This document shows, in pieces, positions 1 to 9,375 of a DNA stretch of 31,813 nucleotides. The notes beneath the pieces are model-generated. The model was not told the origin of the DNA, made no database searches, and was given only the letters and a program-made list of their open reading frames with translations. The stretch's first letter is position 1, and every line of letters begins with the position of its first letter. A program made the position numbers and the translations under genes. The stretch is from a virus (lineage: Duplodnaviria; Caudoviricetes): positions 1 through 31,813 of IMG/VR virus record IMGVR_UViG_3300025155_000026, one strand, 5' to 3'.

Positions 1-130
1 GCAGTAGCGGGAACACCCGCCCAATAAGAGTCACCAGCCCGGTAATGATAGCAGCCGCAATTCCTGTTCCAGCTGCCGTAAGCATTACAGCGAAGGTGAT
101 GTTTTCCGGAGTAACGTCAATGGCTTCCAT
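1..130 (-). CDS. membrane protein, possibly holin-like (partial, runs off left edge)
   Basis: Not in the ORF track. My translation from ATG at 130 is MEAIDVTPENITFAVMLTAAGTGIAAAIITGLVTLIGRVFPLL..., with a hydrophobic helix. GAGG RBS upstream; overlaps the end of the 117-299 ORF. Confidence 0.55.
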   Translation of the reverse strand, partial: MEAIDVTPENITFAVMLTAAGTGIAAAIITGLVTLIGRVFPLL

Positions 131-299
131 CTAAGACTACCTCTTTCTCTTCGTCCCGGGGGTTCACATGGACAGTTTCAGACTGGCCGCATCCCCAACA
201 ATGTCCGTCATCAGCTCGTTGACAGCAGCACTTACGCCACTTACTACAAACTAGTACACCATCTTCTTGACTGGCCTCCGCCTTCGTTTTTTCACTCAT
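117..299 (-). CDS. small Cys/His-rich hypothetical protein
   Basis: ATG at 299 overlaps the stop of the upstream ORF; CCC...HCWGCG...H possible metal site; fits tight operon packing. Confidence 0.55.
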   Translation of the reverse strand: MSEKTKAEASQEDGVLVCSKWRKCCCQRADDGHCWGCGQSETVHVNPRDEEKEVVLDGSH

Positions 300-528
300 T
301 GCCAATACCGAACTCCTTAACTGCCCGCTCGAACAGATTCCGCGGAATAGCCTGACCAGCAGGAAGCTTCATGAAGTTCAGGAAAGCATCTTTGGGTGTA
401 GCCCCAAAGGTCCGGATGTCAGCCAGAAACCCGCTCCAGTCCGTCGAGAGGTCCCATGACTGTTTTGTCCAGTCTTGGTTATCAACACTGTCGTCGATGT
501 CAACTGTTACTTCGACGTTGTCTGTCAT
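292..528 (-). CDS. small acidic protein, candidate immunity/partner of the MuF-ART domain
   Basis: 78 aa; ATGA overlap with the stop of the MuF gene; DWTKQSWDL and FMKLPA segments. The immunity role is inferred from position only. Confidence 0.65.
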   Translation of the reverse strand: MTDNVEVTVDIDDSVDNQDWTKQSWDLSTDWSGFLADIRTFGATPKDAFLNFMKLPAGQAIPRNLFERAVKEFGIGNE

Positions 529-3404
529 CGTGATGTTACATAAGCCTTGAACTCGCCGCCGCCCAAGACAACAAGCTCTTCTTCATCCAAACATCCTGAC
601 CCGGTACGGGGAAAGGACAAGATTCGTTCGGCCGGGACATTGGAATGGTGTACAACACCGTTGTTCGAACTAGCAAAGATAGCAGCAATCTCCCGGTTAA
701 GCGACCAAGAAGAGGCAGGGTTGCTTGTAACACGAATGGTATTACCGCTCTTAACACCGCGTTTGCCGCTGCTTCCACGCTTTACGGGAAGGGTCTTAAT
801 ACCTAAACGCTTTAGTTCAGCCTGTGTCTGGTCATACATAGCCCTTGCAATGACCCGAAGAACGGCTCGGTCGTCATCCGAAAAGTCTCCGACCCCGAAT
901 GCAGCCTGGGTAAACGCCGTGACCTTTCCGTTCCATAGGTCCTGTGTCTCACCGGTTAAGCGCCCAGAAGGCAACGGAGGGAGTCCGAATTCCTCCTGAA
1001 CAGCACGCTGGAACTGAATTGAAAGAGGGTGAGTATCCCAAGATGTCGATGCCCACGTCTTAACGACTGCACTCGTTACCTGTTGTACAAAGTTCGCCGA
1101 ACCGCGTTCCCAGTCTTTCCCGGAAGGAACTGCACCGACGGACCATGTTGTCCGTGTTGCCCAGCTCGACTTCTTGTACGTATCAAGGGGTATCCGACGT
1201 ATAACTTCCTCTGCCAAGTTCTTCGCAACCTGTGCTTTGTACGCACTGGCGTCTGCCCGCCCCCAGCCCTGCGTTGAGTCGTCCGAACCGTTGATTACCT
1301 TCCGCGTGAGGTCGAAGTCCTGCGCCGCAGTTCCTGCAGTTACTGGCGGCAACTTGAGTGGGCCTGAGGAAATCCCGACATTCGGAATTGGTGCAGGTGT
1401 AGCACTGCCGGTTCGGGGGCCCGTAGTCACCGGTACGAACACCGGTTTCGGTTTCGGTTTCGGTTTCGGCAATAGGGCACCCGGTGGTAAGACTATCTCA
1501 GCCCCCCCGTAATTCAGGGCGCTTACGACAACAGACCCATCCGGGTTAACCGATACAACCTGGACCTTCCCCCAGTTCGGAACATCATCTATTACTGCAC
1601 CGGTTGTAGTTGGGACTTGTCCAGGGAGGACAGGAGTTGCAACACCGAGCTTCTTGTTGGCAGCAACCAGCTCTTCGCTGCCAATTAAGTGTGCCTGGTA
1701 AAGCTGGTATGCCTCCTCAGGTGTGGTAATGGTCTGTCCGTAGCTTGTAGTGTACGCCTTCGGACCCAGGGTAGAAGCTAGTTGGCTTGCTTTCGTCGGA
1801 GGTGTTACCGCTGCAACCGTTGTTGCAGGAGTAGGAGCAGTTGGCTCTGGCTCTGGCCCGGTAAGAATTTTGAGGGGACTCGGGACTTGCGGACCCTGAC
1901 CCTTCAAGTCCTTGGTGTATTGGTAAGCCTGCTGGTAAGACATTCCCATCTCGGCCGCAATCGTCTTGGTGTCTTTACCCTGCAGGAATAGCTCCTGCGC
2001 TTGTGCCTTTTTGGTGCCCGCTTTTGCCGTTACCTGGGCCAGTGGAATCTTGCAGACTGTTACTGCCTCGAGGAGTCTGAAAGACTCCTGAATAGGAACG
2101 CCCTCTGAACACGGAGCCTTCTGTCGCTGGTATAGCGTTGTACACCGACAGTTCGGGTGAGCAGGCGGCATCCCGTGAGTCGACGTAAACGCCTGAGCGT
2201 TCAGAATCCATCCCTGCGCCTGGTTCGCTGCACATATTGGGTCAACCCGGTTATCGCTGACTGTTAACCAGGACTTCTCCATCACGAGGCCCAAGGCTTC
2301 CATCGCCTCAATGGGCTGTGCATTACCCTGCTCATAGGCATACGCCAGTTCGGTTACCGCAATCATCTGTGCCCGGTCACGGGAAAACCCGAATGTGTCC
2401 TTGAGCGAATTGCGCATGGTTGACCACGCAAAGCCGTTTGATATCCCCGCAGTTAGTTCCTCACGCAAGAGGTCCCGTGTTGCATTGTTCAGGCCGGTTA
2501 CGGTGTCTGCAGCATATTGGGACATCCATCCAACTGCACGTGGGTTAGGCAGGCCAAACGGCGTCGGGGAGAGACCCAAGTCCTTCGCCGTCGACTTACT
2601 CGCACTATCGTAAGCTTTCCCGCCCTGGTCGATAAGGCCCATACCTAGCCCGTAAATTGGACCTTGCCCAGGCGCTACACCCATAACGTTTTCAATCCAC
2701 GCATTAACGGCCTCAAAGGACTTATCGTCCCAATAGCGTTCCCACTTCTCAAGACGTGCCTGACGAGCCTGTTCATCTACCAGTTCATCTTCGATGTCGT
2801 CTTCGGCTGACGACTGGTAGTCGAAGGTTAGGGTCCCGAAGTCCTGGCGTGAGAGAGCATCAAGTCCGAAGGCGTCAAGTCCGCCTCCGGTCTCAGGGTC
2901 TCGGAACCAATCCTGGGACAAACGCTGATGCTCAACCTCAATAGTAGATTCCTGAAGTTCGGCTTCGTCTTTAGCCGCAGCGAAGAGCCGCTGGGCGACC
3001 CTGATTTTGAGGATTAGGTATGCATGGTACTGTTCCAGTACCTTCTTATCCCGCTTCAGGATACGTTCCATCTCCTTGACAATACCCTTCCGAGCAGTGT
3101 CAAGGAATGCCTGGGCCGTCTTGGTAAGCGAGGGTTCGAGCGGGTCTGTTGCCCTAACTTTCCTGCGTCTATCCAGGACTTCCAGGAGCAACTGGGCTTC
3201 AGCTACCGTTGGGTCCTTGACATGAAGATGGGTTTCCACCTCATGGACAAGCTGGAGTGCCTCGTTTACATGGAGTGCACTCACCTGGTTCATCGCTGCG
3301 TGCCGGGTCGGGTGACATCCCATACGGCGCATTGTCCCGGTACGCATTACAGCCCAGGGCTTACTGACCGGACAGGTACGTGACCGGGCAATGCTATACG
3401 GCAC
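525..3404 (-). CDS. MuF/SPP1 gp7-family minor head protein with internal HTH, Pro/Thr linker and C-terminal ADP-ribosyltransferase-like domain
   Basis: Follows portal. MuF motifs RAQMIAVTE, KSWLTVSDNRVDPIC, PPAHPNCRC. C-terminus shows PVKRG...ASSWS...AAIFA...DEEELVVLG (R-S-E ART pattern). Confidence 0.85.
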   Translation of the reverse strand: MPYSIARSRTCPVSKPWAVMRTGTMRRMGCHPTRHAAMNQVSALHVNEALQLVHEVETHLHVKDPTVAEAQLLLEVLDRRRKVRATDPLEPSLTKTAQAFLDTARKGIVKEMERILKRDKKVLEQYHAYLILKIRVAQRLFAAAKDEAELQESTIEVEHQRLSQDWFRDPETGGGLDAFGLDALSRQDFGTLTFDYQSSAEDDIEDELVDEQARQARLEKWERYWDDKSFEAVNAWIENVMGVAPGQGPIYGLGMGLIDQGGKAYDSASKSTAKDLGLSPTPFGLPNPRAVGWMSQYAADTVTGLNNATRDLLREELTAGISNGFAWSTMRNSLKDTFGFSRDRAQMIAVTELAYAYEQGNAQPIEAMEALGLVMEKSWLTVSDNRVDPICAANQAQGWILNAQAFTSTHGMPPAHPNCRCTTLYQRQKAPCSEGVPIQESFRLLEAVTVCKIPLAQVTAKAGTKKAQAQELFLQGKDTKTIAAEMGMSYQQAYQYTKDLKGQGPQVPSPLKILTGPEPEPTAPTPATTVAAVTPPTKASQLASTLGPKAYTTSYGQTITTPEEAYQLYQAHLIGSEELVAANKKLGVATPVLPGQVPTTTGAVIDDVPNWGKVQVVSVNPDGSVVVSALNYGGAEIVLPPGALLPKPKPKPKPVFVPVTTGPRTGSATPAPIPNVGISSGPLKLPPVTAGTAAQDFDLTRKVINGSDDSTQGWGRADASAYKAQVAKNLAEEVIRRIPLDTYKKSSWATRTTWSVGAVPSGKDWERGSANFVQQVTSAVVKTWASTSWDTHPLSIQFQRAVQEEFGLPPLPSGRLTGETQDLWNGKVTAFTQAAFGVGDFSDDDRAVLRVIARAMYDQTQAELKRLGIKTLPVKRGSSGKRGVKSGNTIRVTSNPASSWSLNREIAAIFASSNNGVVHHSNVPAERILSFPRTGSGCLDEEELVVLGGGEFKAYVTSR
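1443..1469. repeat. (CGGTTT)x4.5 hexamer tandem repeat encoding a PKPKPKPKP linker
   Basis: Seen directly; lies in the low-complexity linker before the ART-like domain. Confidence 0.9.
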
Positions 3405-3407
3405 CGG

Positions 3408-5225
3408 TTAAGCCTTTCGGACCCGGACCTTCTTCGTTCGCGACCTCATGGGGGCAGGCTCGAGGAGCGCTTCACGGAAGGCCTTTAGGCCCTGGCGGAA
3501 ACCAGATTCGGTTAGGTCACTGAGGTCCGGGAGTTCGAGTTCAGCGGTTTCTTCCTCTAGGGTCCCTTCGGCTCCTTCGCCGACGACCTGCTCTTCGGGT
3601 TCGGTATCAGTAGCAAACCACATTGAGCCGTCAGGGAACATCTCTTCGAGGATGTTGCCTACTTCCTCGTTTAGCCCGAGGGCGCGGAGCAACAGGTCCA
3701 CGAGGATGCGGTCCGGCATTGTCTGGGCTGCCTTCTTTCCGCCCAGCGTAGCTGCGTCGATGATGGCGGTGACCTGCTGTGCAACCTCACGTTCCAAGAT
3801 GGACGGGAATTCCACGGCGACTGAGAGGTCAATTTCCTGCGTCTCAGACTCGACCGTTTCCTCCCTGGTCTCGGGGTTAATCTTCCGGATTTGGACGTCG
3901 ATGGTGTCCGGAATCTTGTTGGTCATCGTCTTCGTCCTGGAGATAACGTACCCCAGGATATCACGGAACGTATCTGCCCACAATGTCTGCCGGTTCTGCA
4001 TCTGTAGTTCGGTGGGCCTGTCCAGTGTCTTCGCTGTCGCCAGATTACCTGCTTCGGCATTGCCCGCAAGGATGGTTTCTGGGATACCTGTCCCCGCACT
4101 AACCAGCAACCAGAGTCGACGCCCCTCCTCGGGGTTCGGAGCAGCTCCTGCTGTTCGGATAGGTTCTAGGTCTGCTGTCCTAGTGCCATCCGGGAGTCGC
4201 TTGTTAATGAACGTCGACCCTGCGACTGGCGGAGGGTTTCCCTCGCTCGGACTATCCCATGTCCGAGTGGTCCCGAGACGCGTCTTGGCATCCTTAACAG
4301 AGTTAGTTCCGCGGACAGTAAGTGACCATGCCCAGCGAGCTAAAGCTCTCCGCAGGGTTGCGTAGTCCTCAAGGTCTCGGGTGACTGCCTTTGCCCACGC
4401 AAACGCGCTGTACTTTTCCGGTGCCCCGAATCGCCAGTTTGGGAGCCCGCCCGTCTTCAGGTGATAGACAGGTGCAGCCCACTCGACATTGCCGAAGTGC
4501 TCTGAGCCAGAAGCCCCGATGACATCGACGACATCAAGGTCCTCTTCCTCGACCTTGAGCAAGTAACGCCAGTCGGGGTAGTAAGTTGTAACCCGCTTCT
4601 TCTTGTACTGGCCGGTTGTGAAGTCAAACACCTTGGTGTGGTACCGGCGCTTATAGAACCAGACTTCGCGGTCATCCTCCGGATTGTAGATGATACCGTC
4701 GTCAGCCAAGATTTCGTTTACCGGAATAGTACGAACTGTCACATGAGCAGTCTCAGTATCCGTCCAAAGGACGAAGAACAGGTTGCCCTCAATTTGAACT
4801 TGGACTTCCTTGCCCACTCTGGCATCATGTGACGTGAACTCCGCCAGGTTATTCCGGTCATTCAGGAAGCCCTGAACAATGTCGTTCACCTGCTCATTGG
4901 GGGCGGTGAAAGTAGCCCCTCGGGCCCAAACGTAGTTTGCCTGGATATGAACAGCGTGGTCGATAAGGGGGTTCTTGAGCGTCATCAACCGACTCAGTTG
5001 AATGAGGCGCTGAAGCCCGCTGGCTGAGAACTCCTGTTCGGCCTGGGACATCTGGCGAATCCAGCTGGCATCCTCCAGCTCAAGCTCAAGCTCGTCCAAC
5101 CGTTCCAGCAGGAGAGTCTCATTCATGTACTGTCCGGCAACCACTTCGCGTAGCTCAGTACGCGTCAATCGCTGAAGTCCGCCAAGACGACCCCGACCGT
5201 TTCCGCTCTCAGCCACGAGTGTCAT
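3408..5225 (-). CDS. portal protein
   Basis: 605 aa between TerL and MuF; size and position typical; GNLATAKTLDRP segment resembles phage portals; acidic C-terminal tail. Confidence 0.8.
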   Translation of the reverse strand: MTLVAESGNGRGRLGGLQRLTRTELREVVAGQYMNETLLLERLDELELELEDASWIRQMSQAEQEFSASGLQRLIQLSRLMTLKNPLIDHAVHIQANYVWARGATFTAPNEQVNDIVQGFLNDRNNLAEFTSHDARVGKEVQVQIEGNLFFVLWTDTETAHVTVRTIPVNEILADDGIIYNPEDDREVWFYKRRYHTKVFDFTTGQYKKKRVTTYYPDWRYLLKVEEEDLDVVDVIGASGSEHFGNVEWAAPVYHLKTGGLPNWRFGAPEKYSAFAWAKAVTRDLEDYATLRRALARWAWSLTVRGTNSVKDAKTRLGTTRTWDSPSEGNPPPVAGSTFINKRLPDGTRTADLEPIRTAGAAPNPEEGRRLWLLVSAGTGIPETILAGNAEAGNLATAKTLDRPTELQMQNRQTLWADTFRDILGYVISRTKTMTNKIPDTIDVQIRKINPETREETVESETQEIDLSVAVEFPSILEREVAQQVTAIIDAATLGGKKAAQTMPDRILVDLLLRALGLNEEVGNILEEMFPDGSMWFATDTEPEEQVVGEGAEGTLEEETAELELPDLSDLTESGFRQGLKAFREALLEPAPMRSRTKKVRVRKA

Positions 5226-5240
5226 TTGTTGGTCCCCTCG

Positions 5241-6740
5241 TCAGTACGGACTGATGTGAACATCGTCGAAGTCGCTCATGACAACCTCAACCCCGCCAAC
5301 GTCAGTGGGCCAGAAGGACTGAACAACTGCGTCTCCGGCATCTGTGCTTCGACCGATGCGCTTCCGGATATCGTCCTTCGACTCTACCTGAATCTTGCCA
5401 GCGCTAGTTGTTCGCCAGTGCGGGGTTGTTAGGTCCCCTATCAAGTCGTCATCGTCCGGAATTGCTGTCGGCAACTTGTGCGCAGGGTTAAGCAGCTCAC
5501 GGGTATTCCACCATGCAGCTGACCTTGTGTTCAGGAACTCCAATTCGCCAGACACATCCGTTACATCCGTGTGTAGCCCCGCGTTGAATGCGTACGTTTC
5601 GAACCCGAGTTCGCGGAGCCTGTCTACGACGCCTGCCCCGATACCGATTACGTCGACCATGGCATAGCCGCCCTTGTTCCGAAGAACTCCCGCTACGCAT
5701 CCTGTCGTCTCCATCGTATCCATGCGAGTGTACTTGTTCAGCTCGGTAATGACAAGGTCATGGCGATGTGCCAAGACTGTTTTGTCCAATCCGCTTCGCG
5801 CAACGTCCACCCCGAGGCAAGTGAAATCAGGGGGACTAACGGACTGGTCCTCCCACCGAAGTACTGCTTCCTCAACCCACGACAGTGGGATAACTGCATT
5901 CTCATCATCCGACGCGAAGTGGCCGAGAACGCGGTTCTGGTAAACACCGGACCTGTCGCCCCACTGCAACTTGCGTGCATCCGCCCACTCCTGAGAAATA
6001 CGCCGCGAGGCAATAGCCTCCTCGAGTGTTACATGCCGACAGGTCCAATCCCGATAGCCCGCCTTGCGCATGTGGATATCGTGGAACCGTCCCGAGGTCG
6101 GCCCCGGTGTCGAGTTCGCCATCGCAAAGGCAACCTTACCTGTACTCTCACCGGCTCCGGCAAAGGCACCCTCTGTCGCATCGTAGACCTCAGCGTCGAT
6201 GGCCTTGGCCTCGTCGTAGATGTACAGCACTTGGTCGGCATGAACGCCTTCGATGGCTTCGGGTGTATCGGACGCCAAGGCAAATGCTTGGCCCCAAACC
6301 AGGTTGAGGTTCAGCTTGAGCAACTCGGTCCGTTCGTTGAACGGCCCCCGCCAACCTAGCTTGTCCCACAGTATCCTCCTAGCCCACTTGTGAATCTCAG
6401 GCCAAAGGAACTTTGTCAGCTGACGCCAAACGGATGCGGTGGTTGGCGCCTTCCAATCCTTGTGAGCCTTCTCTCGAGTGAGAGCGAATGCTAGGACTGC
6501 CCAGGCAGCTGTAGTGGTCTTACCCAGGCCATGAGGCCCGCGTACTGAGATGCGCTTGACAACCGGGAGTTCACGAAGCTCCCAGAGCTGGTACTCCGTC
6601 GGTTCCTCACCAGGGTCAAACCGAATGAAGTCCAGAACCCACAAGTCGAAGCGCTCGAAGTAGGGGTCAGGAGGCGGGTCAAGGATATCAGCCGCACGAG
6701 CCAAAGCTGCCCCATCCGAGAACGGGGAGATAGCAGACAT
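5241..6740 (-). CDS. terL: terminase large subunit
   Basis: Walker A GPHGLGKT, Walker B IYDEA, coupling motif NSTP, RNase H-like nuclease GVDVARSGLD and STDAGDAVV. Confidence 0.95.
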   Translation of the reverse strand: MSAISPFSDGAALARAADILDPPPDPYFERFDLWVLDFIRFDPGEEPTEYQLWELRELPVVKRISVRGPHGLGKTTTAAWAVLAFALTREKAHKDWKAPTTASVWRQLTKFLWPEIHKWARRILWDKLGWRGPFNERTELLKLNLNLVWGQAFALASDTPEAIEGVHADQVLYIYDEAKAIDAEVYDATEGAFAGAGESTGKVAFAMANSTPGPTSGRFHDIHMRKAGYRDWTCRHVTLEEAIASRRISQEWADARKLQWGDRSGVYQNRVLGHFASDDENAVIPLSWVEEAVLRWEDQSVSPPDFTCLGVDVARSGLDKTVLAHRHDLVITELNKYTRMDTMETTGCVAGVLRNKGGYAMVDVIGIGAGVVDRLRELGFETYAFNAGLHTDVTDVSGELEFLNTRSAAWWNTRELLNPAHKLPTAIPDDDDLIGDLTTPHWRTTSAGKIQVESKDDIRKRIGRSTDAGDAVVQSFWPTDVGGVEVVMSDFDDVHISPY

Positions 6741-6976
6741 TACTGAACCGGACCGACTTCATCCGACATTGTTATCACATTATGCGCATTAATCAGGACG
6801 ACTTGCCTCTTATCGGCGTCCGTGTCATACACAATGCCCGAGTTCGGGTACTTCTCCATGTATGAAGCCCAGTCCTTCTCGGTCACCACGAATACGCCAC
6901 CAGGACAATATCTGTCCATAAGCAGGACGAGTGCTACCTGCTTTATGTTAAATCCGTCCTTACGGATTTCGTCCAT
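6740..6976 (-). CDS. hypothetical protein
   Basis: 78 aa between terS and terL with overlapping start/stop codons. Confidence 0.6.
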   Translation of the reverse strand: MDEIRKDGFNIKQVALVLLMDRYCPGGVFVVTEKDWASYMEKYPNSGIVYDTDADKRQVVLINAHNVITMSDEVGPVQ

Positions 6977-7628
6977 TTCCGTTCCCTACCACCTTTGCCT
7001 CGATGGGGGTGGAGTCAGTCAGTTCGCGTAGCGCCCTCGCGGCAATCTGGAACGCAAGCTGCTTCTGGTCATCGGGTAGTCCGAGTTCGAAGATAACCGT
7101 ACGAATGGCTAGGACGACGGCTTCGCTTTGCCTCTCAGCCAACTTCACCATACGGTCTTCGATACCAGCATCTAGGGCCATCTTTGAAACCCTAGCGGCC
7201 CTATCGCTCCACTCCGCCATTAGGTCAACTGTTGCTTGAGCCGGATGTCGGTCCTTGGCTAATGCCGTAGGCGACAAATGCGTAGGGTCAATCTGCTCGG
7301 CCATTTGCATGGTAGCAAGGCGCATGCCGTTCGCCAGGTACACTTGGTCGAGCAGAACCTCACGCGGCTCAGCCGTAACCGGGACACCGAGCTTCCGAAG
7401 CGCAACCCCTGCCTCATGCTGGCTAATGCGCACCTTGGCTGCCCGCTTGGACTGCGAAGCGGCTCCACCATGAAGACGGCACACACGCATCCCGACGACC
7501 GTGTCATTGTGACAACGCCGCCCAGTGTGCTTATTGGTTGCCGTGCACTGCTTAGGCATTCCAGGGATTTGCTTGGACCCAGGCTTCGCTGTAAAAGCCT
7601 GACTTGGTGCATTGTCGCCCTTGACCAT
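6960..7628 (-). CDS. terS: terminase small subunit (HGGxSTG-type Zn motif at N-terminus)
   Basis: CTATNKHTGRRC...CRLHGG motif followed by a helical region; first gene of the packaging operon; ATG 7628 preferred over the track start at 7664. Confidence 0.75.
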   Translation of the reverse strand: MVKGDNAPSQAFTAKPGSKQIPGMPKQCTATNKHTGRRCHNDTVVGMRVCRLHGGAASQSKRAAKVRISQHEAGVALRKLGVPVTAEPREVLLDQVYLANGMRLATMQMAEQIDPTHLSPTALAKDRHPAQATVDLMAEWSDRAARVSKMALDAGIEDRMVKLAERQSEAVVLAIRTVIFELGLPDDQKQLAFQIAARALRELTDSTPIEAKVVGNGNGRNP

Positions 7629-7634
7629 ACTTGA

Positions 7635-7664
7635 ATTATAGACGCTCCACCTTAAATTCCACAA
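7635..7664 (-). promoter_or_regulatory. sigma70-type promoter of the late/packaging operon, probably leaderless
   Basis: TTGTGG-18 nt-TATAAT, followed 6 nt later by the terS ATG; no Shine-Dalgarno sequence in between. Confidence 0.6.
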
Positions 7665-7830
7665 GTGGTGAACAATTCATGAACAACTAAGCAGGAAGGT
7701 GGAGATGGGGGACTTTTTTAGCTTGTATCCTTTATAAGAGAAAAAGCTTTATAAAATTCAATAACCCAATGTTATAATCAATTGAATTTCACATACACGA
7801 TTTTCTAATTATAAGTTGCAAGTGCGTTTT
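7665..7830. other. AT-rich divergent intergenic region (candidate origin, pac site or genome end)
   Basis: Sharp AT enrichment relative to the rest of the window, between divergent late and early arms and next to terS. Confidence 0.45.
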
Positions 7831-7899
7831 CCCCCACCATCCCTAGGGGGTCACAAAACCAAACAAGTACCAAACCAGACGCACACCAAAACAGCTGAC

Positions 7900-7929
7900 T
7901 TGATTTCTCCGTAATACCTCTAATATAAT
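7900..7929 (+). promoter_or_regulatory. sigma70-type promoter
   Basis: TTGATT-18-TATAAT upstream of the MazG-like gene. Confidence 0.7.
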
Positions 7930-7988
7930 CTAGAGAAGGCAGTGAGTGGAAAGAATTTTCATCTCCGCCCCCCACCAGAAGGAGTATT

Positions 7989-8573
7989 ATGGAAACCCCC
8001 CAGGAACCCCCCAGTGAAGACCCCCATGAACACCACCCTACCGACACAAATTTAGTCTCCGAAATAAGTCCCCCGTCTTCAGGCAACGTACACAAAGACT
8101 CAGGCTCGTTTCCGGAGTTCTTCGGAGCACAGTTCCCCAGGGCTCCGTCCGACGGACAGGGCTTCAACCTTGACGGGACGGATTACCGCTATACGGCCAA
8201 GACCGGACATTGGGTCCGAGTCAAGGCACCAGACTTCCTCCGACTCACCAATGCTCCGTCCCAGGAGGATATTCACCAGAACGCCGTCGAGAAGGGTTTC
8301 TGGACGGCATCCCAAGACACCCCGACCAAGCTCATGCTCATTGTTACAGAAGTCGCCGAGGCAATGGAGTGCTACCGTCAGAACGACATGCAGCTCAGGT
8401 TCGGGGGCGCCGCAGAAGACAAGCCTGAAGGCTTCCCATCCGAACTAGCTGACGTCGTCATCCGATGCATGGACCTCGCAGCCTTCCTAGGCTTCGACCT
8501 GGAGCACATCATCACACTTAAGCACACATACAATCTGAGACGCCCCCAAATGCACGGCGGGAAGGTAGTATAG
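7989..8573 (+). CDS. MazG-like nucleotide pyrophosphohydrolase
   Basis: LIVTEVAEAMEC...SELADVVIRCMDLA...YNLRRPQMHGGK all-alpha NTP-PPase signature; AGGAG RBS; about 90-aa N-terminal extension. Confidence 0.85.
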   Translation: METPQEPPSEDPHEHHPTDTNLVSEISPPSSGNVHKDSGSFPEFFGAQFPRAPSDGQGFNLDGTDYRYTAKTGHWVRVKAPDFLRLTNAPSQEDIHQNAVEKGFWTASQDTPTKLMLIVTEVAEAMECYRQNDMQLRFGGAAEDKPEGFPSELADVVIRCMDLAAFLGFDLEHIITLKHTYNLRRPQMHGGKVV

Positions 8574-8578
8574 TAAGG

Positions 8579-8962
8579 GTGGGCCGACTGCCACTAGCAC
8601 CTGACGACGTAACCAGAGTTTGTCCTCGGTGTAAGGAGACAAAGCACCGCTATGCAGACTTCTCTGGCCCGAGTGCAGCATACTGCAAACCCTGCATGGC
8701 TGAATATGCGCGCGAGCGTTACCAACGGGAGAAAGGGAAGTACGCTGAATATCAGGCTACACACGCCAAGGCCAAAGCCCCGAAGGAGGGAGAGGGAGAG
8801 GAAGAGGAAGACGAAGACCAGAGGGGAATGACGGAAGAGGAGTTTAACCAGATGCTCCGTGACGAGATTGAAGCCGGCAAAGCTGCTGAAGCTGCGAATC
8901 CCCCGGCCGGCAACGAAGATGTCGACGACGAAGACGAAGGTGACTACCGATTCCGCGCTTGA
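8579..8962 (+). CDS. zinc-ribbon protein with acidic tail
   Basis: CPRC...YCKPC followed by a Glu/Asp-rich C-terminus. Confidence 0.7.
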   Translation: MGRLPLAPDDVTRVCPRCKETKHRYADFSGPSAAYCKPCMAEYARERYQREKGKYAEYQATHAKAKAPKEGEGEEEEDEDQRGMTEEEFNQMLRDEIEAGKAAEAANPPAGNEDVDDEDEGDYRFRA

Positions 8963-8988
8963 TTTCTACCTCTGTCCTCATCTATAAT
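8959..8988 (+). promoter_or_regulatory. sigma70-type promoter
   Basis: TTGATT-18-TATAAT, then AGGAGG RBS before 9025. Confidence 0.7.
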
Positions 8989-9024
8989 TGAGTTCAATTC
9001 ACGCAGGAGGAAATCCGTAGGTAC

Positions 9025-9372
9025 ATGTCTGACCAAAGCAACACTGTTCCTGAGAATAACGGGTTCTCGGGCCCGCACCGCCTTATCCTCCGCACCCTAC
9101 AACGGGAGGGAAAGGTCCAGCGTGCAGCGCTCAGTGTCCGTGTTCGACCTGCTTACCCGAACTGGACTGACGCTCTCGAAGACCTCATTAGGCGCGGGTT
9201 CGTAGTCGAAGCTGCTGAGGTCCTTCGCCGCGAAGGTGGGCGTGTTTCATCTGTCGTCCAGTACACCCTGGCACCCGACGTTAACAACTGGCCCAATTTC
9301 ATGGAAATGAAGCCGGAGGACATCGACGAGTTCATCCGTAATTACGGCGCCATCCCTTCACTTGACAACTAA
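9025..9372 (+). CDS. putative winged-helix DNA-binding protein
   Basis: ALEDLIRRGFV...VQYTL pattern resembles a wHTH wing; strong RBS. Confidence 0.6.
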   Translation: MSDQSNTVPENNGFSGPHRLILRTLQREGKVQRAALSVRVRPAYPNWTDALEDLIRRGFVVEAAEVLRREGGRVSSVVQYTLAPDVNNWPNFMEMKPEDIDEFIRNYGAIPSLDN

Positions 9373-9375
9373 GGG

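Noticed and set aside
3448-4365. 305-aa plus-strand ORF (and similar antisense ORFs over MuF, terL, helicase and primase)
   Set aside because: Ser/Arg-rich shadow frames opposite well-supported genes.
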